Notes: a model not told the origin generated them from the sequence alone. DNA of 64,000 nucleotides from Asterias rubens (GCF_902459465.1 NC_047077.1:8494001-8558000); one strand, 5' to 3'. Positions 12,892-24,615 are shown, counted from the first letter of the stretch. Numbers and translations: made by a program.

Positions 12892-13141
12892 GGCCCAATT
12901 TCATGGCTCTGCTTACCGCCGAATTCTGCGCTTACGATCACGATTCCCCGCTTACGTGCAAGCGCCGAATTTCTGCGCTAGCCTTGTGAGCGTAGAATGC
13001 CTAGTAAAGTGGAGTACGCACGCGCAGAAGCCCAAAGTTGCCACTAACCCGTGAAATATACGCTTGCCGTAAGCACAGAATTTCCTGCTCCCGTTAGCGC
13101 CGATTCCGTGTTTACGGTAAGCAGAGCCATGAAATTGGGCC
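12892..13141. mobile_element. Harbinger-type MITE (H1), full length
   Basis: TIR GGCCCAATTTCATGGCTCTGCTTACCG; TSD CAG/CAG. Confidence 0.88.
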
Positions 13142-13185
13142 CAGATCTGCCTTGCATGTAGATTGGGTTTTTAAATCTCTTCCTG

Positions 13186-13359
13186 GGCCCAATTTCACGG
13201 CTCTGCTCACCGTAACAATTTGGTATTATGGAAGCAGGGAATTCCGTGCTTACTTCAAGCTCATACAGCTTGTGCAGAATTTCAGCACCTGCACAGTAAG
13301 CGAGGAATGGTAATTGCCAGTGCAAAATTTGGCGATAAGCAGAGCCACAAACTTGGTCC
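13186..13359. mobile_element. Harbinger-type MITE (H1-related)
   Basis: TIR GGCCCAATTTCACGGCTCTGCT / AGCAGAGCCACAAACTTGGTCC; TSD CTG/CTG. Confidence 0.78.
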
Positions 13360-14844
13360 CTGATTGCTTGGGTTTTCCCCCAATTGGGGTTTTTCCTCCC
13401 ACATCTAATTTTTTTTTGAATGATCTACTCTTTACCTCTGCCTTCATGGTTCATTCTTGTGAATCCTTCTTTGAATGCAGGATTACCTCTAAGCAGCTTC
13501 ATTTGAATGAGAATATCATTTCTGTGGACTTCAAATTAACCTAACACCAACTCACTGCAACAATTGGTCTCATCTCTCTTGAGTGAGCCTCTGCCAGAAC
13601 TCACACTGTCTCAGGGCTCGTTACTTTCAATTTGTCCATTGGGTTGTACCTGCATCAGTTGTTTTATGTTACTTTGCACTTCATACATTTTTAGTCATTG
13701 ATCACTTGGCAATAATAGACAGCCTATAATTTGAAAAAAAATTGTATGAGCATATATTCCTGCTCCCGTTCTAAATGTTTCTCTGCTCTGTTCATCTCTC
13801 CCTCTAAAATTGCTAGGGAACTGTTCCACTCGCAAGCGCCTGAATACACCTATACGATATTGAAGTATCGATGGAGCACATTTTATCCTGCCATGAATCA
13901 TGAATTGAAATTGAAATTGTTATCTGCTGGTATTAGGGGTAGCAAACCCCTCCTTGATGCATGTAATGATTTCAGATCAAACCAATTAGCCGCAGCATTG
14001 CGTTGAATCCCCAGATGGTTCTGCGAATGTCAGACATTTTTGTACGATGGTATACACCATCTCCACATCAGTTCCAATTTGAAAATAAAACTGGCCTATA
14101 TTATTTATTTAAAGGTATGGTCATGGATTCAATGTTGTAAACATAGTGCTGATTTTTAGGCAAAACGATAAGATTTTGTTGTAGGTCTGGACCTCAGACA
14201 AAGTGTAGCAATGTTGGACAAGATTTTACAAGGGACCCTGGACACTCTAAAAATTGTTGTTCTTTCACACAAGATACATTTTGTCAAATTGTACAACCAT
14301 GCTACAATTTAGCAAGGGACCCTTGCTAAATTGCTCTTCTGTGAAAGGGACATTAAAGTCTTTTACAGGTGACCAGCTTCAAGCAATCTGCAACAAGAAA
14401 TCTTTATTAAATTTGCTCGGGAAAGTCAAATGCTGTTAGAAACAATTTCCTTGTGTGCTTCGGAAATGTTCATGTCTGTCCCTGGTGGAAGTGGTGGGAT
14501 TTAAAGTTTGGCATGTGACACAGTCCGTAAATGACATCAAAACACTTTACCATGTATAATTTTAATGAAATTCCACCCATTTTCTTGCTCTGCAACTTTT
14601 CTTACATTTTCAAAGAAGGATTCAAAACAAGAAAAAGAAATGCAATCCATTACTTGAGATGTGGAGCACCGGGATCGTGCTTCAATATACTCTAACTTGA
14701 TTTCCATTTATTCTGGCAGTGTTTTTAAGCGGCTAACGTAATAAGGAACAGAATTGAGCTGAACAGAACTTTCCTGTGAATTTCTAAAGTGCTGGAAGAA
14801 GGGAAGTCCAAAACAACACACACTTAAAGTTCGTTAGTGAGAGG

Positions 14845-15198
14845 TTAAAGACACTTGACACTTTTGGTAATCAATTAAAATAAATACTAGCATAAAAAAC
14901 TTGGTAACAAGCAACAGAGAGCTGTTGTAGTATAAAACATTGTAGGAAACGACTCCCTTTGAAGTTCATTATGTAACTTAGTTTTTGAAAAAGAAGTAAT
15001 TTCCGACACTCCAATATCAAAAGACTTTTAGGCCTGAAGCCTTTATTAGGCATCTGAAAGCCCACAAGATTGTGCAACAAGGATGTTTTTCTGTTATTAT
15101 TTTCACTTGCAACTTTAATGACCGAATGAGCCCAAAAATTCACAGATTTGTTATTTTATGCTTATGTGGAATACACCACAATTGACAATTACCAAAGA
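14845..15198. mobile_element. K1 MITE, diverged
   Basis: TTAAAGACACTTGACACTTTTGGTAAT ... TTGACAATTACCAAAG. Confidence 0.78.
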
Positions 15199-15420
15199 AA
15201 TTTATTCAAGATCTTACTGTAGACTTGGGAACATTTCATGGTCTAGCCTCAGTGATTCTCAGCCCAATCTGAGATCATCAAATAAACTACAATATTCCTA
15301 GATCTCATTCTTCATCAGGTGATAGAAGCTTTAATTTATGTGCACCGAAGCTATGGAATGATCTCCACTATCAACTCCAGACACTTGACTCCTTACAGAT
15401 CTTCAAAAGCAAAAGCCAGC

Positions 15421-15628
15421 TTAATGCCATTGACCCTTTCGGTGTTAAAAAAAAAAAGTTCACAGATTTACAAATAATTTACAGGGTTTACAGAAGGTAA
15501 TGGTGAAAGACTTCTCTTGAAATATTAGTCCATGAAATGCTTTACTTTTTGAGAATACGGTAAAACAATATAAATTCTCGTGTGGGACTTGGACAATACT
15601 GTCAACCGAAAGTGTATAATGGCTTTAA
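15421..15628. mobile_element. K7 Kolobok-type MITE, internally deleted
   Basis: TTAATGCCATTGACCCTTTCGG ... CCGAAAGTGTATAATGGCTTTAA; homologous to 29327-29704. Confidence 0.75.
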
Positions 15629-15653
15629 AACTCATCTTTTTGTATCTGCTTAT

Positions 15654-16029
15654 TTAACGGCAGTGGACACTACTGGTAATTACTCAAAATAATGATTAGC
15701 CTAAAACCTTACTTGGTAACGAGTAATGGGGAGAGGTTAGTAATACAAAATGTTGTGAGAAAGGGCTCCCTCTGAAGTGAAGTATTTTTCGAAAAAGAAG
15801 TAATTTTCAACGAATTTGTTTTCGAGACCTCAGATTTAGAATTTGAAATCAAGCATCTCGAAGCACACAACTTTGTTTGACAAGTGTGTTTTTTCTTTCA
15901 TAGTTATCGCGCAACTTCGACAACCAATTGAGCTCAAATTTTTACAGGTTCGTTATTTTATGCATGTTGAGATACACCAAGTGAGAAGGCTGGTCTTTGA
16001 CAATTACCACAGGTGTCCAGTGTCTTTAA
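15654..16029. mobile_element. K1 MITE, full length
   Basis: TTAACGGCAGTGGACACTACTGGTAATT ... AATTACCACAGGTGTCCAGTGTCTTTAA. Confidence 0.88.
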
Positions 16030-16729
16030 TCCTTTGTACTTGTCATCTACACATGAAATTCTTTAAACTTTTTTTGTCTTAAATTTGTCCTTCACCTACA
16101 TGTACCTAAGTGCCTCGGAAGAGACAAACAAGAACCATGGCGCTCTACAAATGCCTAATGATCGATTGAGCTACTTATATTCCTTTTGCGAAACACAAGC
16201 CGCCATTATTTCAATCCGAAACAAAACAACGTGACTAACTTTATCAAGAGGGCATTTTGAAAAACAACTGTGTAAAATCATCCCCCTGACTATTGACACA
16301 GTACCAAATAACGCGGTTAAAAACGCACACAACATGTAGTCATAGGCACGTTTGTCCATTGCTAACACTCCTGTTCGTGGACGCTGCGAGTATCAGACTG
16401 GTCACACGAAACCCGAAACAGATGTGTGGCTTCCAAATTTGTTTATCCATGCCAGGAACAATTGAACAAGCTATGACTTTAAAACAAAAACTTTTACAAG
16501 GCTTGAATCTGACACTGGACCTGAAGCCAGAAGTTGAGTGTAAAAAAAGGCCGTAAACTTTTGACGGGACAAGTCTGGCAGTTTTGTGTTTTGTTCTTGA
16601 ATAACATTACATAAATGTCTCGAACAAAAACAAAATTATGTTCGAATGCTGATTTTGAGTTTGAATGAATACCTTTCAAATCTTGTGAGTAATGGGTGAC
16701 TCCTCTACATGTTTGTATAAACTGCAACC

Positions 16730-16870
16730 CCTATGTTTGTAAAACCCATGATGATTTACTGGGATTAGGGTTAAGGTTAGGGTCAGAGTTAGGAAAACAC
16801 ACTCGGGGTGTCAAAACATACAGGTTTTGAACCATACATGTAGGGATGCCAGATCATAGGGGTGTTGCAG
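16730..16870 (-). mobile_element. Helitron-like CCCTAA-containing repeat
   Basis: GGGATTAGGGTTAAGGTTAGGG..CTCGGGGTGTCAAAACATA..CAGATCATAGGGG is the reverse of the 12660 unit. Confidence 0.5.
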
Positions 16871-17141
16871 AGTAATGAAGTATACTTTATTAATACTCAT
16901 ACAAACACTCTGGACACCTGTTTTTTCTCTTATGTGTCTTAGTTCTTGCTCAAATAAAAACATTTGAATAATATATTAATATTAGCTTCTTATATAGCTT
17001 GCATATCCATCTCTCTGTGACGGTCAGGCAGTTTTTTTGAGTACATTTTAATTATACTTGTTTTACATAGCACGATAATGGTTTACAAGGTGCTGTGGGG
17101 CAATAGGCTGCCAATCCATACACAGTGTAACAACGATTGTG

Positions 17142-17379
17142 GGCCCAATTTCATAGAGCCTGTGAGCACAAAAAAGTGCTTAGCATGAAATTTCTTCCTT
17201 AATAAAAACAAAGACTACCAACCAAATTTTAATTTGTTGCATATTGCTTGTTACTGGCATTCAGCTGTTTGCTTATCATGAAAATCATGTGGAAATTTGG
17301 TTGGTAATCCTGTTTTTATTAAGGAAGAAATTTCATGCTAAGCAAATGTTTGTGCTCAAAGGCTTTATGAAATTGGGCT
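17142..17379. mobile_element. Harbinger-type MITE (H2)
   Basis: TIR GGCCCAATTTCATAGAGCC / GGCTTTATGAAATTGGGCT; long internal inverted arms (GCATGAAATTTCTTCCTTAATAAAAACA and its reverse complement). Confidence 0.8.
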
Positions 17380-17896
17380 CTGATTGTATTGTATTTTTAG
17401 TTTCTGTTTGCTTTTCCACATGGTCTCAATTCCTTCAGGGAGTGTGGCAAACCTCCTCAACTAGGGATTTACTTGATCAGCCGATTACTCTGCATCTCGA
17501 TTTGAAGGCTACGATTGTGAACTGCACTTATGTGAACAAAATCTGTATCTACATATTTCTTATGGTGATCCCTCTGCTGCCACTTCACAGGTTGTATCAT
17601 AAACTTGGAGTGTTATCCCAGGCATCGTAATTACTGCTTGCCCCCCCCCCCCCGACACTCACACACACCCCAATGAAAATATCTGGTTTTTGGCCTATAC
17701 AGCCTGAAAATCATTTTACCATAAATATGCCAGGGCCAAGCACAAATCATGTTTTTCAGATTGTGTATGGATTATTCTTCCTGCATGAACATAACCACAA
17801 ATTTTCACAGGTTAGTCTTATTGATAAATGTACATTTTTGTAGGATTAAAACAAGCGACCCATTCCCAAAACCAAAGGTCTTCTATGCCTTAATAA

Positions 17897-18143
17897 CACT
17901 CTTTAAATGCAAAAGAGTGAAAAAGCCCTCTTTGAAGAGCCATATGAGGGACAACTCTTCTTTCGAGAAGTCTTCCACCCTTTTAGATAGTAGTTTGCAT
18001 CTTTTTGAGTGATTTTACACTCTGTCCTGGAGTGAAACCCCTCTAGAAGAGTGAAATAACCACCACTCTTTTTAAAGAGCCATATGAGGGACAACTTGAA
18101 ATGTAATGAGTGGTGTTTTTTCACTCTATTACATTTAGAGAGC
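17897..18143. mobile_element. EnSpm/CACTA-like MITE
   Basis: CACTCTTTAAATGCAAAAGAGTGAAAA ... TTTTCACTCTATTACATTTAGAGAG; internal direct repeat AAGAGCCATATGAGGGACAACT x2. Confidence 0.6.
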
Positions 18144-19475
18144 AAAACAATCTTCCTACTTATGTTTTGATTTATTAATTTTTGCTTTACGAAATCTTGT
18201 TTTGAGTTCAGACTTACATGTATGGGGACGCTGTAGATGCTGCAATGCACCGATAATTACAATGCAACAAAACACCATTTTAAATCTTCAAGGCCTTCTG
18301 TGATGGTTCTGCTTACTGCGGAATTATTCGCTTAACTTACAGAGTCATGCACTTTACAAGGTGTCTGTCTTGAGCCAATAATTCTAGGGTAAGCTGTGCC
18401 ATGCAATGTGCCCGCTCCAGCTTCTTTATAATATGGCTAGATGAGTCCTGCACGTACTGCAAAATGTTGATGTAGTCATCTGACACTTTTTTTTTACCGT
18501 CATCAACAAAAGTGTTTTTGATGACATTCTGCCTCCATTATGAGGTGCGTTGCTAAGGTTACCAGGTTACATCTATATCCCACGGGGCAACAGACTATGA
18601 AATTTCATATTTCTTGCCATGAACTGCAGGATTAAATTGTAGAGCGTGTTGGATTGGGGACAGACATAATTAGCCATTAGAGACACATTATAGCTGCATC
18701 AGCCTTTGGAAACATGAGCAGAAGGAAGTTGAGGACTCGAGACCTCGTAAGCTGGAAGATGAGGAGGTACAAAGACCTCAGATTTGAACAGTTTCTGTCG
18801 CAAGTAGAAGGAAGTTGAAGAAGTATCAAAACTTTGTGAGCAAACAATTTCTTTCGCAACCAGCAGGAAGTTATGAGGGACTCATTACCTCGTTATCGTA
18901 CAATTTCTCCTATCACAACCAGAATGAAGTTGAGGAGGTATCAAAACGGCAAGCAAGCAACTGGCAGACTTATGAACAAAATCAACATCTTATTTTGGGA
19001 TGGATGTCTTGCTCATTGCCATGTATGGATGGAATGAGTAGAAATATTTACTGGATAATTTCCAGGGGTAACAGGAAGGAAATGGCTGCTCGTGGGTTTG
19101 AATCAAGCAGTGCTTTTCACGTGTAGAGGAGTGAAATTTTACTTTGTTTTTTATTCACCCTTTTAAGTTTACAATGGTGTTCACAGTGGTTCCCCCAAAG
19201 TTACTTTTTTTTTGTATAGGAGTGGCACCCCTGCGTAGTGCCTCAACTTTATTTACTCTTACTTAATTAATTATGTGAGGCGCACCGGTCGTTGCTTTGT
19301 GTTCCACTGGCCACGCATAACTTTATTTGGTTAACTTTCAAAGCTCAAACATCTCATCTCCTGCTTCGAAGCCCTACCATCTGAACTTGTTCACCATTAA
19401 TATTATAGCCAGGGCTCCAGTTTGGAGACGAAATTCCCAAGACTGCAGGATTTGTGTGTAGCTCAGAATCTTAAC

Positions 19476-19860
19476 TTAAAGGCAGTGGACACTATTGGTA
19501 ATTGCCAAAGAATAGCCTTCACAGTTGGTGTATCTCAACATACGCATAAAATAACAAACCTGTGAAAATTTGAGCTCAATCGGTCATTGAACTTGCGAGA
19601 TAATAATGAAAGAAAAAAATACCCTTGTCACAAAGTTGTGTGCGTTTAGATGGTTGATTTCGAGACCTCAAGTTCTAAATCTGAGGTCTCGAAATCAAAT
19701 TCGTGGAAAATTACTTCTTTCTCGAAAACTATGGCACTTCAGAGGGAGCCGTTTCTAAGAATGTTTTATACCATCAACCTCTCCCCATTACTCGTCACTA
19801 AGAAAGGTTTTATGCTAATAACTATTATGAGTAATTACCAATAGTGTCTACTGCCTTTAA
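19476..19860. mobile_element. K1 MITE, full length, young subfamily
   Basis: TTAA-AGGCAGTGGACACTATTGGTAATT ... CAATAGTGTCTACTGCCT-TTAA; internal hairpin TTTCGAGACCTCA/TGAGGTCTCGAAA. Confidence 0.93.
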
Positions 19861-20045
19861 CCAGGATTTGGAAACCCAATCACCCCATTTTGATCAAACT
19901 TAACCTTGACTTCCAAAGCAGTAATAATTTAATGTCTTGCTGCTACAACAAATCAGCCCTTAATGGTCATGAATTATCCCTGGTACATTTGCAGAAAAAA
20001 TTATTTCAGGATCACCACCACCCATAAAAATCTCCTCACAACCTT

Positions 20046-20291
20046 GGCCAAATTTCATGGCTCTGCTAGCCGCCAAATTCTGCGCTTACGATCACCATTC
20101 TCTGCTTTCATGGAAAGCGTTGAATTTCTGTGCTAGCCTTGTAAGCGTAGAATGCCTAGTATATGCACACCCACAAGCCTCAATTCACAGCTAACCTGTG
20201 AAATACGCTTAAACACTTGTAAGGGCAGAATTCCCTACTTCTGTAAGCGCTGATTATTTGCTTACATTGCGCAGAGCTATGAAATTGGGCC
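20046..20291. mobile_element. H1 Harbinger-type MITE, diverged
   Basis: GGCCAAATTTCATGGCTCTGCTAGCCG ... CAGAGCTATGAAATTGGGCC; colinear with 12892-13141. Confidence 0.82.
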
Positions 20292-20604
20292 ATGCTCATC
20301 ACTTGTCAAAGTCATAATGATGGGAAATAAAAACCTTGACCAAACTGGGGACTTTATTGGAAATGTTTGAGGAGGCAGCAAGGCAGAAAATCAATCTTAC
20401 TCGTCTAGATTTGTGTTGAAGCGTGATCAACAAACAGTCCAGAGCAGTCTGAGTAAAACAAAGTTGGATTGAGACTCTAGATTAAATCCACCATGTACAT
20501 TGGGTCCGCCAGTCAGGAATTTGGATTGATCTTAGGAGACACTTCTATGCGCGTTTTTATTTTTGTTCTTCTTAAAAGAGTGTCATAAGGCTATATGCTT
20601 GGCG

Positions 20605-20820
20605 GCAAATACTATTAGTAAGTAAGATTCACGGTGACACCATGTAAGAATCTCTGTCGTGAGAAGTGGTTGCTCTGAGAGGAGCCAGTTTGTGCTAAAC
20701 TTTTCTTCTTCAGAAGAAGGTCAGTCAGAGTACACTGACCTAAATTTCAAACAAAAACTGGCCCTTCTCAGAACCACTACTACCGACAACAGAGATTCTA
20801 GTGTCACCTCAAATGCTTAC
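20605..20820. mobile_element. Inverted pair of Penelope-like pLTR fragments (second family)
   Basis: The ~90-bp arms are imperfect reverse complements around a hammerhead-like remnant CAGAAGA-A-GGTCAG..CTGACC. Confidence 0.55.
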
Positions 20821-20954
20821 ATATAAGTGTATAACAAGTTTTAACAATATCATCATTCAAATGGTATGTCACCATAAGGTCTATTTTCTTTTCCCCATCA
20901 ATTTGATCAACTCTCGCCATTTGAAAGGTTCATTCCACTTATTGGTTTCCTGTT

Positions 20955-21330
20955 GGTTTTTCTTCCCCCATTTTATTGGCCAATTGTATACTTTTAATAT
21001 TCTAACAGACCAAGGGCAGAAACACTAACAGTTATGCTTGCCCCATTTTATTAGGAAGTGTCTGATCTTGGAACTGTCACAGAGCAGAAACTCACAGTTT
21101 TTCTTCCCCCATTTTATTGGCCAATGTAATTGTATACTTTTAATATTCTAACAGACCAAGGGCAGAAACACTAACAGTTTTGCTTGCCCCATTTTATTAG
21201 GAAGTGTCTGATCTTGGAACTGTCACAGAGCAGAAACTCACAGTTTTTCTTTCCCCATTTATTAGCCAGTGTACTGACTTGTAAAATCTTCTAACTGACG
21301 AAGAGCAGGGTACTCAACAGTTTTCTTCTT
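20955..21330. repeat. Tandem repeat, ~141-146-bp unit, ~2.5 copies
   Basis: TCTTCCCCCATTTTATTGGCC at 20961 and 21102; diverged third copy at ~21247. Confidence 0.85.
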
Positions 21331-21479
21331 TTCCCATTTTATTAGCCTTTAAAGTGTTAAAGTACTAACATTTGGTGATCCAAGTTATTTGTACACGGTT
21401 GTTGGACTCTATCAGACTAATCTGACACTTTACTTGTATTGTACTTAATGGCCATAGTTCACATACTCAATAATAACTC

Positions 21480-22030
21480 AGCTACCCTAGTACTCAACAG
21501 TTCTCAATACTCAACTAGTACTTGAACGGAGCAAGTTTGTATAAAGAGAAATCAGGAACCACATATTAGGTAGACAAGCCATCATTGAGAACACCCTAAT
21601 GCAATTAAGCATGGCATAATTGAGTACTACTCATCTACTACAGTACTCACTACTTGACCGTTCTCAATTGGTACTATGACCAAAGCTTGTATGATATTAA
21701 ACCTTATAATAAGAGTTGAAATCAGGAACCATGTGTGAGAGTGTTGGAACTCACTACTTTAGAATTCATCTTAGGTAGACAAGCCATTAGTGAGTACACC
21801 CTAATGCAATCAAGCATGGCATACTTGAGTACTACTCACCTAGTACTACTACAATACTCACTACTTGACGGTTCTTAGTACTTGACCAAAGATTGTATGC
21901 TAATTAAAGCTAATAACAAGAGGAGAAATCAGGAACCATGTGTGAGAGTGGTAAAGGTCATCAAACTACTTTATAATTCATCTTAGGTAGACAAGCCAGC
22001 AGTGAAAACACCCTAATGCAATCAAGCAAA
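21480..22030. repeat. Diverged tandem repeat, ~170-208-bp unit, 3 copies
   Basis: AAATCAGGAACCA at ~21549, 21719 and 21927; TTAGGTAGACAAGCCA and ACACCCTAATGCAAT each occur three times. Confidence 0.8.
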
Positions 22031-22289
22031 TGATATTTTGTGTGTCAGTGACACACTGTCAGACATCTTGGTATTTTAATGGCATTTTCCACCTAATGCT
22101 GTTACTACTGCCCCTGCTGTTCTAGCTAGTCTGGAAAACTTAAAGGAGCAGCGGGTAAGTCTTGAGCTCTCATGTTCTTTTGGTTTCCATCTGCATGGTG
22201 GGGTGTCAATGTAGTTCAGTTTGCTGTTCCAGCCAGTCTGGAAAACTTAAAGAAGCAGCGGAGCTTTAGTATGCAATAACTTTTAACAA

Positions 22290-22820
22290 TGTTCCTAACC
22301 CTAAACCCAACTCTAACCCGAACCCTAGCATGTTAATCATCAGGTTTTTTCCCCTGGAACACAGAGCAGTCACCATCTTTGACACTCCTAGTATTTTTTC
22401 TAATCCTGAACTTAACCCCAACCCCATGCAGCCCAAGCGTGTAAATCATCAGGGGTTTTGGGAACAAAAGGGTGTCAAAGTACAGAGCTGTCACCATATA
22501 CGACACCCTTAGTGTATTTTCCTAACCTTAAACCTAACCCTTAACCCTTACCCTAAACCCTAACCCAAAACCCTAACCCTAACCCTAACCCTAGTAGCGT
22601 AAATCACTAGCAGCTGATTTCACAAATGCTAGGACTAATCCTATCTTGAGTTGGATTGGTTCAATGCATCCTACATGTACATGTCCTATAACGTCTAGGG
22701 AAACAGAACTTTACTCATTTTAAGTCCTAAATCCCAAGTTAGGAAATGTTTGGTGAAATCAACTGCAGGTTTTTATCGGATCATCAGGGTGTCAGAAAAC
22801 AGAGCAATCACCATCTATGA
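22290..22820 (+). mobile_element. Tandem Helitron-like units with CCCTAA tracts; H3 element nested
   Basis: The unit GTAAATCATCAGG..GGGTGTC..CAGAGC.GTCACCAT..GACACCC.TAGT..(CCCTAA)n repeats 3-4 times. Confidence 0.55.
22614..22765. mobile_element. Harbinger-like MITE (H3)
   Basis: C(T)GATTTCACAAA ... GTTTGGTGAAATCAACTG; TSD CAG/CAG; homologues at 40721 and 41568. Confidence 0.7.
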
Positions 22821-23199
22821 AAAGCGGACTCGTGCATGCAGTTTATGGGTGAGATGAGAGTTCATCTATGTTGAACCTCAGGCCAGCTTGGTCATGACGA
22901 CACAGCCCCTCAGGACAAACTAGTTTGCTGATGTTCACTCTCTAAATGGACTCGTTGTACTCTACACTCTCTTTGCAATGATGACGCTGTGAATGAGATC
23001 TGGGTTGCGACCGCTAAATGATGATGAATGATGTTACATGTGGCTTCTCTCTGCCTATGGTCTGTGGGTCTTTGCTCTTTTAAGCTTTTTGTTTAAGTAG
23101 CCAACCATCCAGGCTAAGTAGCCAACCATCCAGGCTAATACACTCTAGGTTTACCTTACCTTACCTTGCTTTAGTAGCCCTGATTTTAAACATGTATTC

Positions 23200-23790
23200 A
23201 TAAATACCTAAGAAAGTTTATCCATTCTGATTGGTCGAGAGGGCATCAGGTGGGGTGATGGGTTGAACGGATGATATAACACCAGTAAAAAGTGTTGAAA
23301 CATGGGCATGACACGCGAGCTTGCACCTGTGCTTATATGATAGTTTCTTCATTCCTATTGGTCGAGAGCAACGTACGGCTGGAACAGTTGGCCACATCAC
23401 GCGATACGCGCGACGCGCACAGCAATCTCCTTATAAGGAGTTGTTTACGCGAGGGCCTTACCATTTCATAGCTGGAGGGGTGTTGTGTTGAAAGAAATCA
23501 TTGAACAATTATAATTTTTTGATTTATTTTACTTTTTGACCAAAAAGTGTTGATGTTTTTTGACAGAAAAGGTATTTATGAATGGGAATCAAAGTGTTTT
23601 GAATCGATTTTCAACTAGTGGTTTAAACCCGCCGAGGCCTGGTTCTTGATAATTTACCTCGACTTCGGCTCGGCAAAATTATGAAGAACCAGGCCTCGGC
23701 GGGTTTAAACCACTAGTTGAAAACCTCTTCACCACACATTGATTCCCTTAGTCACACACAAACACTCGGAAATAAATCAATTTATTTCAT
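23200..23790. mobile_element. Non-autonomous element with long internal palindrome (Crypton-like, tentative)
   Basis: Perfect 40-bp inverted repeat 23608-23647 / 23684-23723 and ATTCTGATTGG motif; truncated homologue at 47690-47815. Confidence 0.55.
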
Positions 23791-24615
23791 TTTTGTTTTA
23801 ATAATAAGCAGGAGAGAGTGCTTGTTAAATACTATGCTTTACTGCATTATTTGGTGTCATTTGTTTGTTTTGAATTACATCACCAATCCCAGTCAACTTC
23901 TTTTTCACTCACCCTGCTAGGTCCCAATTCAAATTCAAGGTTTCAGTCTTGGGTAAAATTCCACTCACATAAGTAAAAATAAATCACCATGGCCAACCTG
24001 GGGCATTGGACACTCATGTTGTCATTATTGCTAATGTGAAAAACTCATCACTGATGTAACCTTCAGTGCCTTTGGTAATTATGGGGGAAATATAAAAACA
24101 TGGATGTAATATTAATAACATCTCTCGGGAAAATCAGTTACACTTTCAGGGTTGGAAACTGCATATCATAGTCAATGCTGTTTCAATTATTAATTGTAAT
24201 GTGTGCAGTAGCGCACATGGGTATATTATGTTTATAGTGTGTATTTTCTTGTAATTTTTTATTAATATTTTATTGTTTAACGAAGACTGAAATTATTTGA
24301 ATTTTTGCTACATAAATGAATAAATCATTATTATTATTTATTGTCATACAATATAACCTTCCAGTACATTTGTATCTTTAGAAATTATAACATGAATCGT
24401 TTATGCATCCCTAATGTCAAGGTATACATTAAACATACTTGGTGGTAAAATCAATCAAAGCATGATGTGGGAAACCCATTAGTAATCTATATGGTTGTTT
24501 CAGCCTAACTGTGTTCTTGTTAGTATGCCATCAATAATGCTGGCAAACTCATTAAGCAAATCTCACTTTGTGCAATGTTGGATTGTAGTGTTTCTCGAGC
24601 TGCTGGTCCCCTGTT

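Noticed and set aside
16190-16215. YY1-like GCCGCCATT / ATGGCGGC gene start on the minus strand
   Set aside because: The frame stops after 11 codons (MAACVSQKEYK) and the only nearby donor is weak.
17244-17630. 128-aa ORF
   Set aside because: The first third is a Harbinger MITE. The remainder has a possible acceptor (17438) but only a weak donor and no recognisable homology.
18341-18480. Similarity of MAQLTLELL to the DZIP1 N-terminal motif
   Set aside because: The match is a few residues only, and upstream spacing and conserved positions do not align.
19650-19844. Recurrent ORF MVDFETSSSKSEVSKSNSWKITSF (also 24791, 31844, 32395)
   Set aside because: It lies inside K1 MITE copies; it recurs because the repeat recurs, and it has no transposase motifs.
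22520-22592. Interstitial telomere or chromosome-fusion scar
   Set aside because: The tract is short and degenerate and always sits inside the same dispersed unit at four loci.
22975-23040. Box C/D snoRNA (several ATGATGA)
   Set aside because: There is no correctly placed CTGA D box or terminal stem. The region more likely belongs to a LINE 3' remnant ending in (CCTTA)n at ~23150.
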